A stretch of DNA of 64,000 nt from NCBI RefSeq assembly GCF_964213995.1, contig NC_135826.1, positions 15,810,001 through 15,874,000 of the forward strand, in the 5' to 3' direction. A program made the translations under genes and the position numbers. Origin of the DNA: Mustelus asterias (lineage: Eukaryota). The notes beneath the pieces are model-generated. The model had not been told where the DNA came from, searched no databases, and saw nothing but the letters and a program-made list of their open reading frames with translations. Shown in pieces: positions 1 through 27,650 of this stretch (positions within the stretch are counted from its first letter, which is position 1; the number at the start of each line of letters is the position of its first letter).

Positions 1-3000
1 TTCTAGAAAAAGTCGTCCCAGCACTTGGACAGATGAAAAGCAAAGTCAGGCTTTACAGGAGCAGGTGTCAGTAACATTCCAGGAAATGCAAGGCCAGCTG
101 GAGGAGTCTGGAAGCCTTCTCTCGCAGGAAATGGTGCTGGTATTGCATGGTACCCAGACCAACACTGCAAGGGTGGCGTCCGCAGTAGAAAGCATAGGGC
201 AGGACATCTGAGCCATGTCTGATGATGTCCAAAGTTAGGCTCACAACATGATGTCCATGGTTGAGGCCCAGGACAGCAGGGTCCATTCTCACACAGACAT
301 GTTCCAGAGGCAGACAGATATTGCTGTGGTGCTCCAGAGGTTGGCCCAATCTCAGAGGACCATGACTGAGGGTATCGCCAACATAGCTCAGACAATGACG
401 GGCCTCCAGGATTGGCATTCCCCAGATGACATTGGGCATTTGGAAACTCACTCCAACAGCCCCTCTGTCCCATGGAGTGACCCGGGGGCCAGCGAGCACC
501 CTAAGGGAGGAGGAAGCTCTGTAGTCCATCCTAGAGCCTCCCACCCAGGATGCTCTGGCAGTCTCCAGCTCTTCTGAATCCCCCCTCCTCCTGACAGCGG
601 TGTATCTAATGGGCAGTGGGGAGAACAGGATGACATGGCATCACTTGTTACACTCGAATGTCAGCTGGCGCCCACCAGGTCCAGGCCCTTCAGAGAGCAC
701 CAGCCAACGGCATCATAAACCAAAGGGAAAGCAGCAGGCTACCTCCACATCAGATGTGCAATCTGGGGGAACACCTAGAAGCAGCGGGACACAGTGTAAG
801 TTAGGGAGAAGGGGATACAAAATGTACATTTACACTAAATCATTGTTACAATCCACTGTGCGGGAACCCTCAGCAATGGGCGTTGGGGTATCGGCTTGGG
901 GGCAAGGGAGCTTCTTTCTCCAGCTCAGACCTCAGATTTTTCCCAGGTCTTGCAGCCTTACCCTTAAGTGGGAGACCCCGAGAACCAGAGTTTGCCATTC
1001 CAGGTTGAGAGCACCACTATTCAGTAATACAGAGGTTCACTCCATTCCCAACACAAACCCCTCCCCCCGTCCCCCAACTGTGTCCCAGATGAAAGTGCTT
1101 CCATCGCACACTCGAAATGAGCCAGGAGGTCAGTGGGATGTCATCAAAAAGGAGTCAGATATTTTGTCACAATGAGGAGCACCATGTGAGCTTTCCTCAC
1201 AGTGAGTTGTCATCACTTGTGATCAGACCTGCTAACATTGCCAACCCAGGCCCATCACCCTGCTGTGGTGTAATGGTGACCCTTGAAGAGGGGGAGTGGG
1301 GGAGACAATGGTTGAGTGGGAGGATGGGCAAGACAAAGAAAGGTCTGAGGATAAGGGGGAATAGTGGGGATTGAGCTGCCGTACATTTATCCTTTAGGAG
1401 GATAATCTGGAGGCTAAGTAGGCCTTCCTGGTTCTCCGGCCTTGTAGTAACCTGGCCGCCACTGCCTGTCCAGGATCCTCCAGTTCCTCCTTGGGCTCCT
1501 CCTCAAAATCATCCTCCTCCATATCCTTGTCTGGTTAGACTGCCTGTTCCTCCTCTCCAGCATGTCACCCCGCTGCTGGGCAGGATTGTGTAGCACACAG
1601 CAAGCAACCACGATCCACATGACTCTCTGGGGGCTGTATTGAGAAGTCCAAACAGCAGAACCATACCTTCAGGAGACCTATTCACTGCTCATGACGTTCT
1701 AGTGGCAGAGTGGGCCGTGTTGTAGCAGGTTTCCACCTTGGTATAGGCCCTCTACTCAGATATCATTAGCCACGACCTCAGCGGATAACCTTTGCCCCCC
1801 ACTAGCTGCTTTAGTGGAGCTGCTGCCCACAGGGTCACTGACACAGCCCCGTGTCCCCTCATCTTGCAGCATAGCCTCATGTCTGCATCATCCCTCCCTT
1901 CACCTCAACATTTATGCAACACATCTTGTGAAAGTGGAAGCCACTCAGTGGTCCCATGCCCGCGAGCCTCATGGTCTTGAGCGTGACTGCCTCTTCCCCT
2001 AACACCTGATTATGTTCACCTCTGGGGGATAGCTGCCAAGTCGATGTTGAGAAACAGTTGATAGGAGGATCAGGGGTAGCTTGAATGAGAAAGGCCACAT
2101 CTTGATATGACAGGCAAGGAGGGAGGCCCAATGAAAGCTCCTGAGTTTCTCGCCACCTTCTTCCAGGCAGGTTGGCAGACTCCACATAGCTGGGCAACCA
2201 CAGTATGACCTGGCACATAATGTTTGATTAATGGTACACCGTACCCCAAACTCCCAGTTCCTTACAGTGACTGCAGTTAACACTGCAGCCCTGTAGACTT
2301 CAGGGAGTTGACGGCTGTCCCTTAGTATGAAACACTTCACTCCTCACAATCCCTCCCTCACACTTAAGGAGCTTGTGGGCGCTACACTGGGTGTTAGCAA
2401 AATGGTCCATGGCCCTTCTCCTGGATTTCCCAGGAGTCCAAGGGGACCTCTGCAATGAGGTTCCCGTGTGGCTGCTTGTCTGAGCTCTGGCAGCTGTTTA
2501 TGTGCTCCAGATGTTAATTCTGTGCAGATAAACATCTCCTGAAGAAGCAGACTAAGTATTTTGGACTGAGAGGGATGTGTGCCTTTGCTGGAACCTCAGC
2601 TACACTGAGTGATATAGCCACTGGTTTGTGGTCAAAAAGCCTAGAGATCTTCAGCAAGGTTCGGAGAGTGTTAATGTTAGCCAGAGGGAAAAGGATGAGA
2701 GCAGCGGGAACAGCTGCAGGGCAGGGGCAGAGAGCAGCAGCCCAATGGGCACTCTACAGATGTTTCAACAATGCAACGTTGGATGTAATATGGGCTGATT
2801 TCCAGCACATCTTTTACCTGTTACTGGGGCATCTGATCATTGTGTGCTCAAACCTCAGTGATTCATCTCCCTCATCTGCTGTGGCACCGACAATGAAGGG
2901 AGTTCCATGAGCTGTGCCAACAGCTTGTGTTCATTCAGGCTGAGAAAACAGAGAGTCCTTGGAGCACAAACATATCCTGAGAGTGACGGGAGTTCAGAGA

Positions 3001-3647
3001 GGGCTGGTAACAGCTGGCAGCGGTTAAATAAACCCAGGGCGAGGCCAGATTGAGAGTGGGTTGCGTTGGAGGTGCGCAGGGCTCCCGGTGAGCATGGATT
3101 AACATTGAGCAGAAACCTCAGAGCTGTTACAGGACACAGAGGACTGAATACTTTTAACAGTCGGTTGACCAATAGTGACGTTGTGGGTTACAGTTAGAAC
3201 TGCTTAAATGCACCAGTCATCCAAGGCACCCCCCCTCACCCAGAGGTCAGCCTCTTCACTCATGCTCAACCCCCCCATCCATCCCAATTGAGACACTTAA
3301 CCCGCCCCCATACAGATACAGAGAGGCCACTTACCTCCTTTCTCCCCCTCAGAAGCCATGGTGCCAGGGCAACCCCAAAACATGCCCATGTGACTTCCGG
3401 CTGTGGAGACAGGTGAATAGCGGGTGGCCGTTGAATGGCCCATCTCGCCTGCTGAGGATATTTAAATTTGGGGTCTAAGATAATTATCGGGTTGGCGCCC
3501 GCTCTGGGTGGGAACCCGATCTGGGACGGGCCAAGTGAATCCAAAACACTCCCACGCCTGATGTGGATCCCAATTTGGAGCCGACGCCCCATTCAGCGGG
3601 ACATCAGAATTCCCACGAGTGACGAATGAAGCCGATGAATCCCCCCC
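1..3647 (-). mobile_element. Decayed PIF/Harbinger DNA transposon (left end outside window)
   Basis: Minus-strand HARBI1-like transposase remnants at about 1414-2340 (GGKGYPLRSWLM, IGLLKVWFCCLD, IVVACCVLHN). Opposite-strand coiled-coil partner-gene remnant at 1-830. Terminal GAATCCCCCCC ends at 3647. Confidence 0.75.
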
Positions 3648-3698
3648 ATTGGTTCATAGGTCAATTGAAGCAGATCATCCACAGCTTCTGTTTCTTAC

Positions 3699-20134
<16,436 letters not shown>

Positions 20135-20499
20135 GCTGGACAATCTAATGGAGCAAAACCAATGGCATTAGACATGGTGTGGACAATCTTCACACATTGA
20201 TGGGAAAATAGCTGTTTGGGAAAATTATTCTGCAAATGTACAAATATTATCCTCCTCAATCAACTGCTGTCTCTTTTTATATTTTAGCTGCACTGAGCAG
20301 ATAAAATACTTCATGGTCATGGTGAGTGGATTGGGATCTTCCTGTTATTTAATTAACGTTGTTCAATATTTAAGACTAATTATTGGAAAGAGTAGGTTAT
20401 AAAGAAAACATGTGAAATTAATTTAAATTTTACTGATTGGATAAATAATTCTCATTCAGTGACAGCATTCCAGTCTCTGAGTCACTAACCTAATGGTTC

Positions 20500-20960
20500 A
20501 AGTAGTATAGTGGTCATGTTTCATGTTTAGTACTTCAAAAACTTAAACTAAGCATCCAGAAAATGTGTTCAAATTCCACTAAATGTCTGCAGATAAAAGA
20601 AGCTGCTTTTAGTAAAATAATGGGCTCCAAATGTGATTGACAGGAGAATTAGCCGTTTATCTCCATTCTGGTCAATAATACTGGTGTCACTGTATGCAGC
20701 CATTAAAATGCCAAAAAGCTGTTGGATTGTTATGAAAATCCAATTGGTTCACTTGTTCCCCAAATGCCCTTTCTTCTCGAAATGACTATCCTTACCGCAT
20801 CTCGCCGATACGTGACTCCAGTCCCGCACAGTCCCAATGGTTTATTCTTAATTACCCTCTGAACTGCCCCAGTCAGCTATTCTGGATCAGAGAAACTGGG
20901 GATGGACAATAAATCGCAGTCTTGTCAGAAATACCCACATTCCAAGAATTAATTTTAAAA
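20500..20960 (+). mobile_element. Old SINE-like interspersed repeat
   Basis: Its 3' end (CTCTTAA..GCCCTCTGAA...GGGATGG.CAATAAAT) recurs at about 23490-23525 and 61480-61610. Confidence 0.45.
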
Positions 20961-21879
20961 GCCTCACACCAGACCAGAGCAAAGAATTGTGTTCTCTGAA
21001 TACGGCATTCACATCCAAAAAGATACTCGTAACTTAGGGAACAGAGACCTCCTCTCCCTCCCCATCATAGCTTCACTGAGCAGAGAATGGAGCACAAGCC
21101 TCTGATCAATGATATTTTATTGCAAATGTATCACAATTAGACTATAATGATTATTATATATGTACAAGTTAACATGTACACATTTTAGAGAATGTAAATA
21201 ATTACATACAAATATTTGGCACATTGTAGTGTTCTAATCAGTTTCTCCTGGATCTTCCCATCTTGTTTTTGCTAAACTCTAAATTCCCTCCCCAATACAC
21301 AGCTCCCTCCCCATTCCCTTTGCCCTTATTGTCTGAAGTCAATGGTGGAAGGCACAGTTTGCAACATTATTGTATAGATGGTATTAGTTTTCATGGGATG
21401 TGGACATTTTGGCAAAGCCAGCGTTTGTTGCCCATCCCCAAATTGCAATCTTTTTGGCAAATCAAATAAACAAAATCAAACCAACTGATGGAGAAAGTGA
21501 AAAGGAGCAGCCCTTTATAAAGGGGTGGTGGGGGGGAACTGCCCAAAATAGAGGAAAGCTTTGCTGGGATATTTCAGAGGGCAGTTAAGAGGCAATCAGG
21601 CTGCTGTGTAGGCCAGAGCAGGCAAGACAGATTTCTTTCTCTGCAGGACATCAGTGAACCAGATGTGTTTCAACTTCAATTCCACCAGGCATTATGGTGG
21701 CATTTGAACCCATGTCCCCAGAACATTAGCCTGGGCCTGAGGATGACTAACCCAATGAGAGCACCATCCCACCACCATCACTGCATAATGCATTTTCTCT
21801 ACCCAATCCCTTTATCTAGCGCTGTGTAATAAAATGATTTGATGTAGTTGGGGGAGTCTGGAATTTGTTTCAAGATATT

Positions 21880-22790
21880 CACTCTTTATATAAACAATTC
21901 TGACTTGGGAATCTGCAGTACAATTTCAGAATGAACAGATGACACCAAATTGGAGGGTGTATCTGAGACAGTGTCAATGTACAGGAAAGCATTAATAAAT
22001 CTGCAAATGGATATATAATTGGCAAATGAACATCACGAGAGATAAAAACAGCTGATACATTTTGGCAAGAAGAATAAGACGACAGATATTCCTCGGAAAA
22101 TAGATATTTCAAAGGAGTACAGGAACAAACAGATGTGGGGGAACAAATATATAAACCACTAAAAGTAGGGATGCAAGTAAATAATGTCTTGAAAAAGCAA
22201 CAAAGCACTGGGTTCATTTCTAGAAGGATAGAATTGAAAAGTATAGTAGTTTTGTTACACTTCTACATAAAACTTCTGTTACAGCACACTTGGAGAATTT
22301 TGAATGGTTCTGGTCTCCATACCATAAAGAGCATAGAGTTTTACTGGAGAAGGTGCAAAAAAGATTTATCGGAATTATGCCAAAATTGAGAGATTACTCC
22401 CTCCCATCAAGAAATATCAAATAAACTGGGGCTCCTCTCTCTAGGAAAGAGAAGATTGCTGGGGAACCTGATAGATGTCCTCCAGATTATGAAAGGGTTT
22501 GATAGCGTAGAGATAAATATAAATATAAAATATTCACTAACAAATCGAATGAAGAATTCAGGGGAAACCTCTTTATCCAGAGAGTGGCTAGAATGAGGGA
22601 CTGACTCATCATTATCACAGGGAGCAGGAAGCTTAAGGGTAAGGTAGAGAAGCAGATGAGGGAAAAAGGAACAGAATGAGAAAGAAATGGGGTGAGATAA
22701 TGAGGGATTGGACAAGGGTCATGTAGGGCAGGGACACTAGCACAGATCTGTTGGGCTGAATAGCCTGTTTCTGTGCTGTAATACATTGCG
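21880..22790 (+). mobile_element. Old CR1 3' fragment
   Basis: ADDTKLEG-like RT end; tail TTGGGCTGAATAGCCTGTTTCTGTGCTGTAA. Confidence 0.65.
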
Positions 22791-23559
22791 ATATTTTGCA
22801 AGTTTGACATTATCAAGTCCTCCTTGATTTAGTTTCCATTTTCTCTGATTTTTTACAAACTTGTTGTTCTGCTTCATGGCCATTGACCTTTCACCTTTGT
22901 TTCTCCATTGAAAAATAAAACCCCACTTCTGTCAATTTATAGTGTACAGCATTGAGCAGGAGCTGCACTGGGGCAGCCCTATCAACACTATGGCTATACA
23001 TGCAGGCCAGAGGCTGGGTATTCTGAGACAAGTGTCTCACCTCCTGACCACTCAGGACCTCTCCAAAATCTACAAGCTTCAAGTCAGGAGTGTGACGGAA
23101 TAATCACCACTCAACTGCAGCCACAACAACACAACACCATCCAGGACAGAGCATTTCACTGGATTGGTGCTCCTACTGCTCGACTCAAGTTTCTCCTGCA
23201 CTGCCTACCACACTGCAGCTGCAGTATGCACGATCTACAGGATGTATTGGAGCAAATTAACAAGGTTATTCCTTCCCTTACAATCTCTACCACCAAGAAG
23301 GACAAGAGCAGCAGTGGCTTGGACACAAGCCCACCTCCACATTCCCTTCCAAGCCCATCCTGACTTGGACATATATTGCTGCTCTCTCGTCATTGCCTTG
23401 GGAATTTCTACCCAAGAGCATTGTTGAAGCACCTTCACCACAAGGACTGCAGCAGTTTAAATAGAAGTTCCCCACCATTGTCTCAAGGCAGTTAGGGATA
23501 GATAATAAATGCCAGCCTTACCAGAATTGGCCAATCTTTTTGGGAAAGCAAATAAACTA

Positions 23560-23770
23560 AATCAAATTAACAAGGAGCCAAATTAAAAGGAGCAGCTCCC
23601 AAAAGGAAGAGAACCGCCCGAAACAAAAGACAAAGTGGAAAGGAAACTTAAAACATCAAATCAAAATGTGATTAAAGGGGTCAATAATGCACCCCAGTCC
23701 CTGAGGTGTCCAACAGGCATGGAAGGCGATAACAGTGCCCTCGGACACCGCATGCTCCCTCTCCAAGGAT
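23560..23770 (-). mobile_element. Tx1-like LINE 3' fragment
   Basis: Minus strand reads LEREHAVSEGT...CWTPQGLGC followed by a T-rich 3' UTR. Family assignment is from recall. Confidence 0.4.
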
Positions 23771-23988
23771 CAGCATTGGCCACATCCTGAAAATAAATTA
23801 AAAATAGCACAGAGCAGGTGAAGCCCATTGGCCTGGTGATTAGAAACAGGCTAAATCACTTTCCCAGAATATTGAAACTTAGAAATTTATACCCTGTTCC
23901 ATCTGGATAGACACACAGAATGTGAACTGAACCCATCCCATTCCACCCAATTAATCAATGAACACTGGAAGGAACGAGACAAACTCAC

Positions 23989-24012
23989 CTTGTGTTCATC
24001 TGAGCAGCTCCA
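23989..24012 (-). other. Probable short non-coding exon 1 of the cathepsin gene (TSS approximate)
   Basis: Consensus donor AAG|GTGAGT at 23989/23988, about 50 nt downstream of a TATA box. Vertebrate cathepsin L/K/S genes have a non-coding exon 1. Confidence 0.65.
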
Positions 24013-24036
24013 CTGAACGGCGGATAGACTCCCACA

Positions 24037-24098
24037 TTATATAGACACACAGTCTTCCAGGAGCCATCCCTTCAGATCTATGGCGACATAATTGATTG
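24037..24098 (-). promoter_or_regulatory. Cathepsin core promoter: TATA box and CCAAT box
   Basis: Minus-strand TATATAA at 24037-24043 and CCAAT at about 24095-24099, with canonical spacing. Confidence 0.65.
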
Positions 24099-24346
24099 GG
24101 AAATAGAAGACAATATTGCTTAAGAATGGAACTTCTCTTTTAAAAGGGAATACAGTCATAATATTTTGAAATGTAATATTTGCATGGCCTCCTTTCAGTT
24201 TATTTAATTTTTGGTTTCCTTTTTTATCTCGACCACTATGTGTCTGTAAATCTGCTTTCAGACTTCATTAAGATTGGTCCAGTCGTTTTAAAACCTCTGA
24301 TACCAAATAACATGTCTATTGAGCTTGCTGTGTTCCAAATACATTA

Positions 24347-25794
24347 TGTGGAGATGCCGACGTTGGACTGGGGTGGGCACAGTAAGAAGCCTCACAACAC
24401 CAGGATAAAGTCCAACAGGTTTATTTGGAATCACGAGCTTTCGAAGCGCTGCTCCTTCCTCGAATCAATTCCAGCCTCCCGGACTGCCTGGATCCACTAC
24501 AGTTTGCCTACCACCGCAACAGGTCCACAGTAGACGCCATCTCCCTGGGCCTGCACTCAACCCTGGAACATCTAGATAACAGAGACACCTATGTCAGACT
24601 CCTATTTATTGACTACAGCTCAGCCTTCAACACCATTATTCCTACGAAACTCACCTCTAAACTCCCTGGCCTGGGCCTCGGCTCCTCCCTCTGCAACTAG
24701 ATCCTGAACTGCCTAACTCACAGACTGCAATCAGTAAGCATAGGCAACAACACCCCCTCCATGATCATCCTCAATACGAGTGCCCCACAAGGCTGTGTTC
24801 TCAGCCCCCTACAATACTCCTTATGCACCTATGACTGTGTGGCAAAATTCCCCTCCAACTCGATTTTCAAGTTTGCTGACGACACCACTGAGATAGAGTA
24901 CAGGAATGAGATAGAGAATCTGGTGAACTGGTGCAGCGACAATAATCTCTCCCTCAATGTCAACAAAATGGAGATTGTCATCGACTTCAGGAAGCATCTA
25001 GGAGAGCATGCCCGTCTACATCAACGGAGACGAAGTAGAAAGGGTTGAGAGCTTCAGGTTTTTAGGTGTCCAGATCACTAACAACCTGTTCTGGTCACCC
25101 CCTTGCCAACACTATCGTTAAGAAAGCCCACCAACGCCTCTACTTTCTCAGAAGACTAAGGAAATTTGGCATGTCAGCTACGACTCTCACCAACTTTTAC
25201 ATATGCACCATGGAAAGCATTCTTTCTGGTTGTATCACAGCTCGGTATGGCTCCTGCTCTGCCCAAGACCACAAGAAACTACAAAAGGTCGTGAACGTAG
25301 CCCAATCCATCACGCAAACCAGCTTCCCATCCATTGACTCTGTTTACACTTCCTGCTGCCTCGGCAAAGCAGCCAGCATAATTAAGGACCCCACGCACCC
25401 CGGACATTCTCTCTTCCACCTACCTCCGTTGGGAAAAAGATACAAAAGTCTGAGGTCACTTACCAACCGACTCAAGAACTCCTTCTTCCTTGCTGCCATC
25501 AGACATTTAAATGGACCGACCTTGCATTAAGTTGACCTTTCTCTACACCCTCACTATGACTGTAACACTACATTCTGCACTCTCTTATTTCCTTCTGTGA
25601 ACGATATGCTTTGAGTGTATAGCACACAAGAAACAATACTTTTCACTGTATGTTAATACATGTGACAATAATAAATCAAATTAAATCCTCAGGTGAGACT
25701 CACCTCAGGAAGGAGCCGTGCTCCGAAAGCTCGTGTTTCCAAATAAACCTGTTTTACTTTAACCTGGTGTTGTGAGACTTCTTACTGTGCCCAC
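24347..25794. mobile_element. Penelope pLTR-derived fold-back element (two 96-bp inverted arms, each with a hammerhead motif), split by a Rex LINE
   Basis: Arms are 24373-24461 plus 25691-25697 versus 25699-25794, with a 1-nt centre at 25698. Flanking ACATTA duplication. Homologous to the Penelope end at 55440-55552. Confidence 0.85.
24462..25685 (+). mobile_element. Rex1/Babar LINE, 5'-truncated
   Basis: [48 protein letters not shown]; tail AATAATAAATCAAATTAAA; TSD TCCTC. Confidence 0.9.
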
Positions 25795-26807
25795 ATTAAA
25801 CGGTATGATCGGCCTGATAAAATATAAGTGAACTGACCCTGTGTTCCAGCTCTGACCAGCTCACTACACCACAGGTATGCAGTGTCCAGCTTTACAGGAA
25901 CATTGGCCTAAAGTGTAATTGTGACATTGGATTCTCACTCTTTGTTGGTGTTTTTTTGATGAATTTTAAATTATCAGTAGAAACATTGTCAGCACTAGGA
26001 AGGAAAGGTTTTGTGGACAGTTTTCACCCAAGTACCAGAATCGAACAGGTTAATTATGGGCCAAATGACAAGATATCTTCCTTTCTGAACCCCAGAAAAA
26101 CACCGCCACTGAAAAGATCAGAACAGGATGAGTCTATTCAGCCCCTCCCCCCTCAACTGCCCCACCAAACTTCGCTACCCAAACTGACTGACTGCATTTG
26201 ACATCATCTACCTTCGGCGATGTTCATTTACACTTATCTGTCCTCAGTTGTGTTCAGGACAACAATTTAGCTGTCATTTGTCATCAGTTGCACTCAGAAG
26301 CAGTCATGTAACTATCATTATTGTTAATACCATAACTGACATCAATGTCATCAGTTGCCTCAAACTAGTGTTCAAATATTTACCATTGACAATATCACTG
26401 AAGCATTTGGAAGCCAAAAATCACATCTATTTTCCATTTTTCTGAATTTCCATATCTTCAAACATTCTATAACTGAGCTAACTTTAGCAAAACCAGACTC
26501 TGTTTAAACAAATGTTTAAATCAGCTACTTTTATGTTTTTCTTCATAACCTATGATTCATGCATCAAATTTCTGACTCCTGCTCCCCCAGATTGCAACAG
26601 ACTCACTCCCACCCCAATCCTTGGAGCAATTTCCTCCTGTTACCCCAACACTAACCCTCAAATTGCAGCATCTCTTCACCTCCCTCACATCTTCCCCACT
26701 TCTTCCCCCTTCCTCTCACCTTCTCTCCCTCCTCTCATCCCCCTTCCCACTCTCTGCCTCCCATTCACCCGCCACCTGCAAATCACTCCCCATCTCCTCC
26801 TCGCCGC

Positions 26808-26921
26808 TCGCCCCGCCCCCGGGGGTTCAGGTGAGGACGGTTAGAACCGGTTTGGACCGGCTGGAACTAGCTGAAGGTGAGCTCGGCGCGGGAGCAGCAA
26901 TGGTGCCGCCAGGAGGTGAGT
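26808..26921 (+). other. Candidate CpG-rich first exon of an unidentified divergent gene (ATG 26900, MVPPG, phase-1 donor)
   Basis: GC box CCCCGCCCC at about 26811, local CpG enrichment, GCAATGG Kozak context, GAG|GTGAGT donor at 26915/26916. Downstream exons not identified. Confidence 0.4.
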
Positions 26922-27650
26922 GCAGTGCGGCCTGAGGGGGAAGAGTTTGCAGATTGAGGGAGAGAGAGAGAGATTGGAGGGAGGGAGGGTTATAGTTTGG
27001 ACACCTCCTGTCCCGCCCGTCAATCAAAGGACAGCAGCTGTCCATTGCAGGCAGCGACAGCAGGTGGTGTTGGGCAGCTGTTGCCCTGCCCCCATGGAGA
27101 GGCCAAGGACACTGAGGCGCCCAGGCCACAGTGAGGTGGATTGGGATTGAGGGGCTAAAGGGAGAGGTGATCTCTCAACAAGATCACCCCTTCCTTCCCA
27201 AAGCAAGGCTCCTCCAACAGGCAATGAGAGCCTTTGAACCAGAGGATTAGTGTGAGCAGCTGTGAGTAACACACATCAGGAAGGATATATTGGCCTTGGA
27301 GAGAATGCAGCTGAGATTTACCACAATGATATCTGAATTCCAAGGGTTAAATTACAAGGAGAGATTACACAGTGTAGAGTTGCATTCCCGAGAGTTAGAG
27401 GGTTAAGGGATGTTTTATCTGAGTTTTGAAGATCAAAAAACGGATAAATACTGTTACCACCTGTTGGGGAGTTTAGGATGATGAGAAATAGTTTAAAACG
27501 TAGAGCCAAATATTTCAGGAGTGAAATCAGGAAACAATTCTACGCACAAAGGGTGGTAGAAGTTTGTAACTCTCCCACAAACAGTAACTGAAACTTAAAA
27601 AAAAGATCTTAAATATTTTAAGTGGTTGCAGGTTGCTTTAAAAGCTAGTC

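Noticed and set aside
1-3698. Cathepsin exons 7-8 (catalytic His and Asn)
   Set aside because: No NHAV..VGYG or KNSWG motif was seen. The region is Harbinger sequence, so these exons are presumably outside the window and catalytic competence cannot be confirmed.
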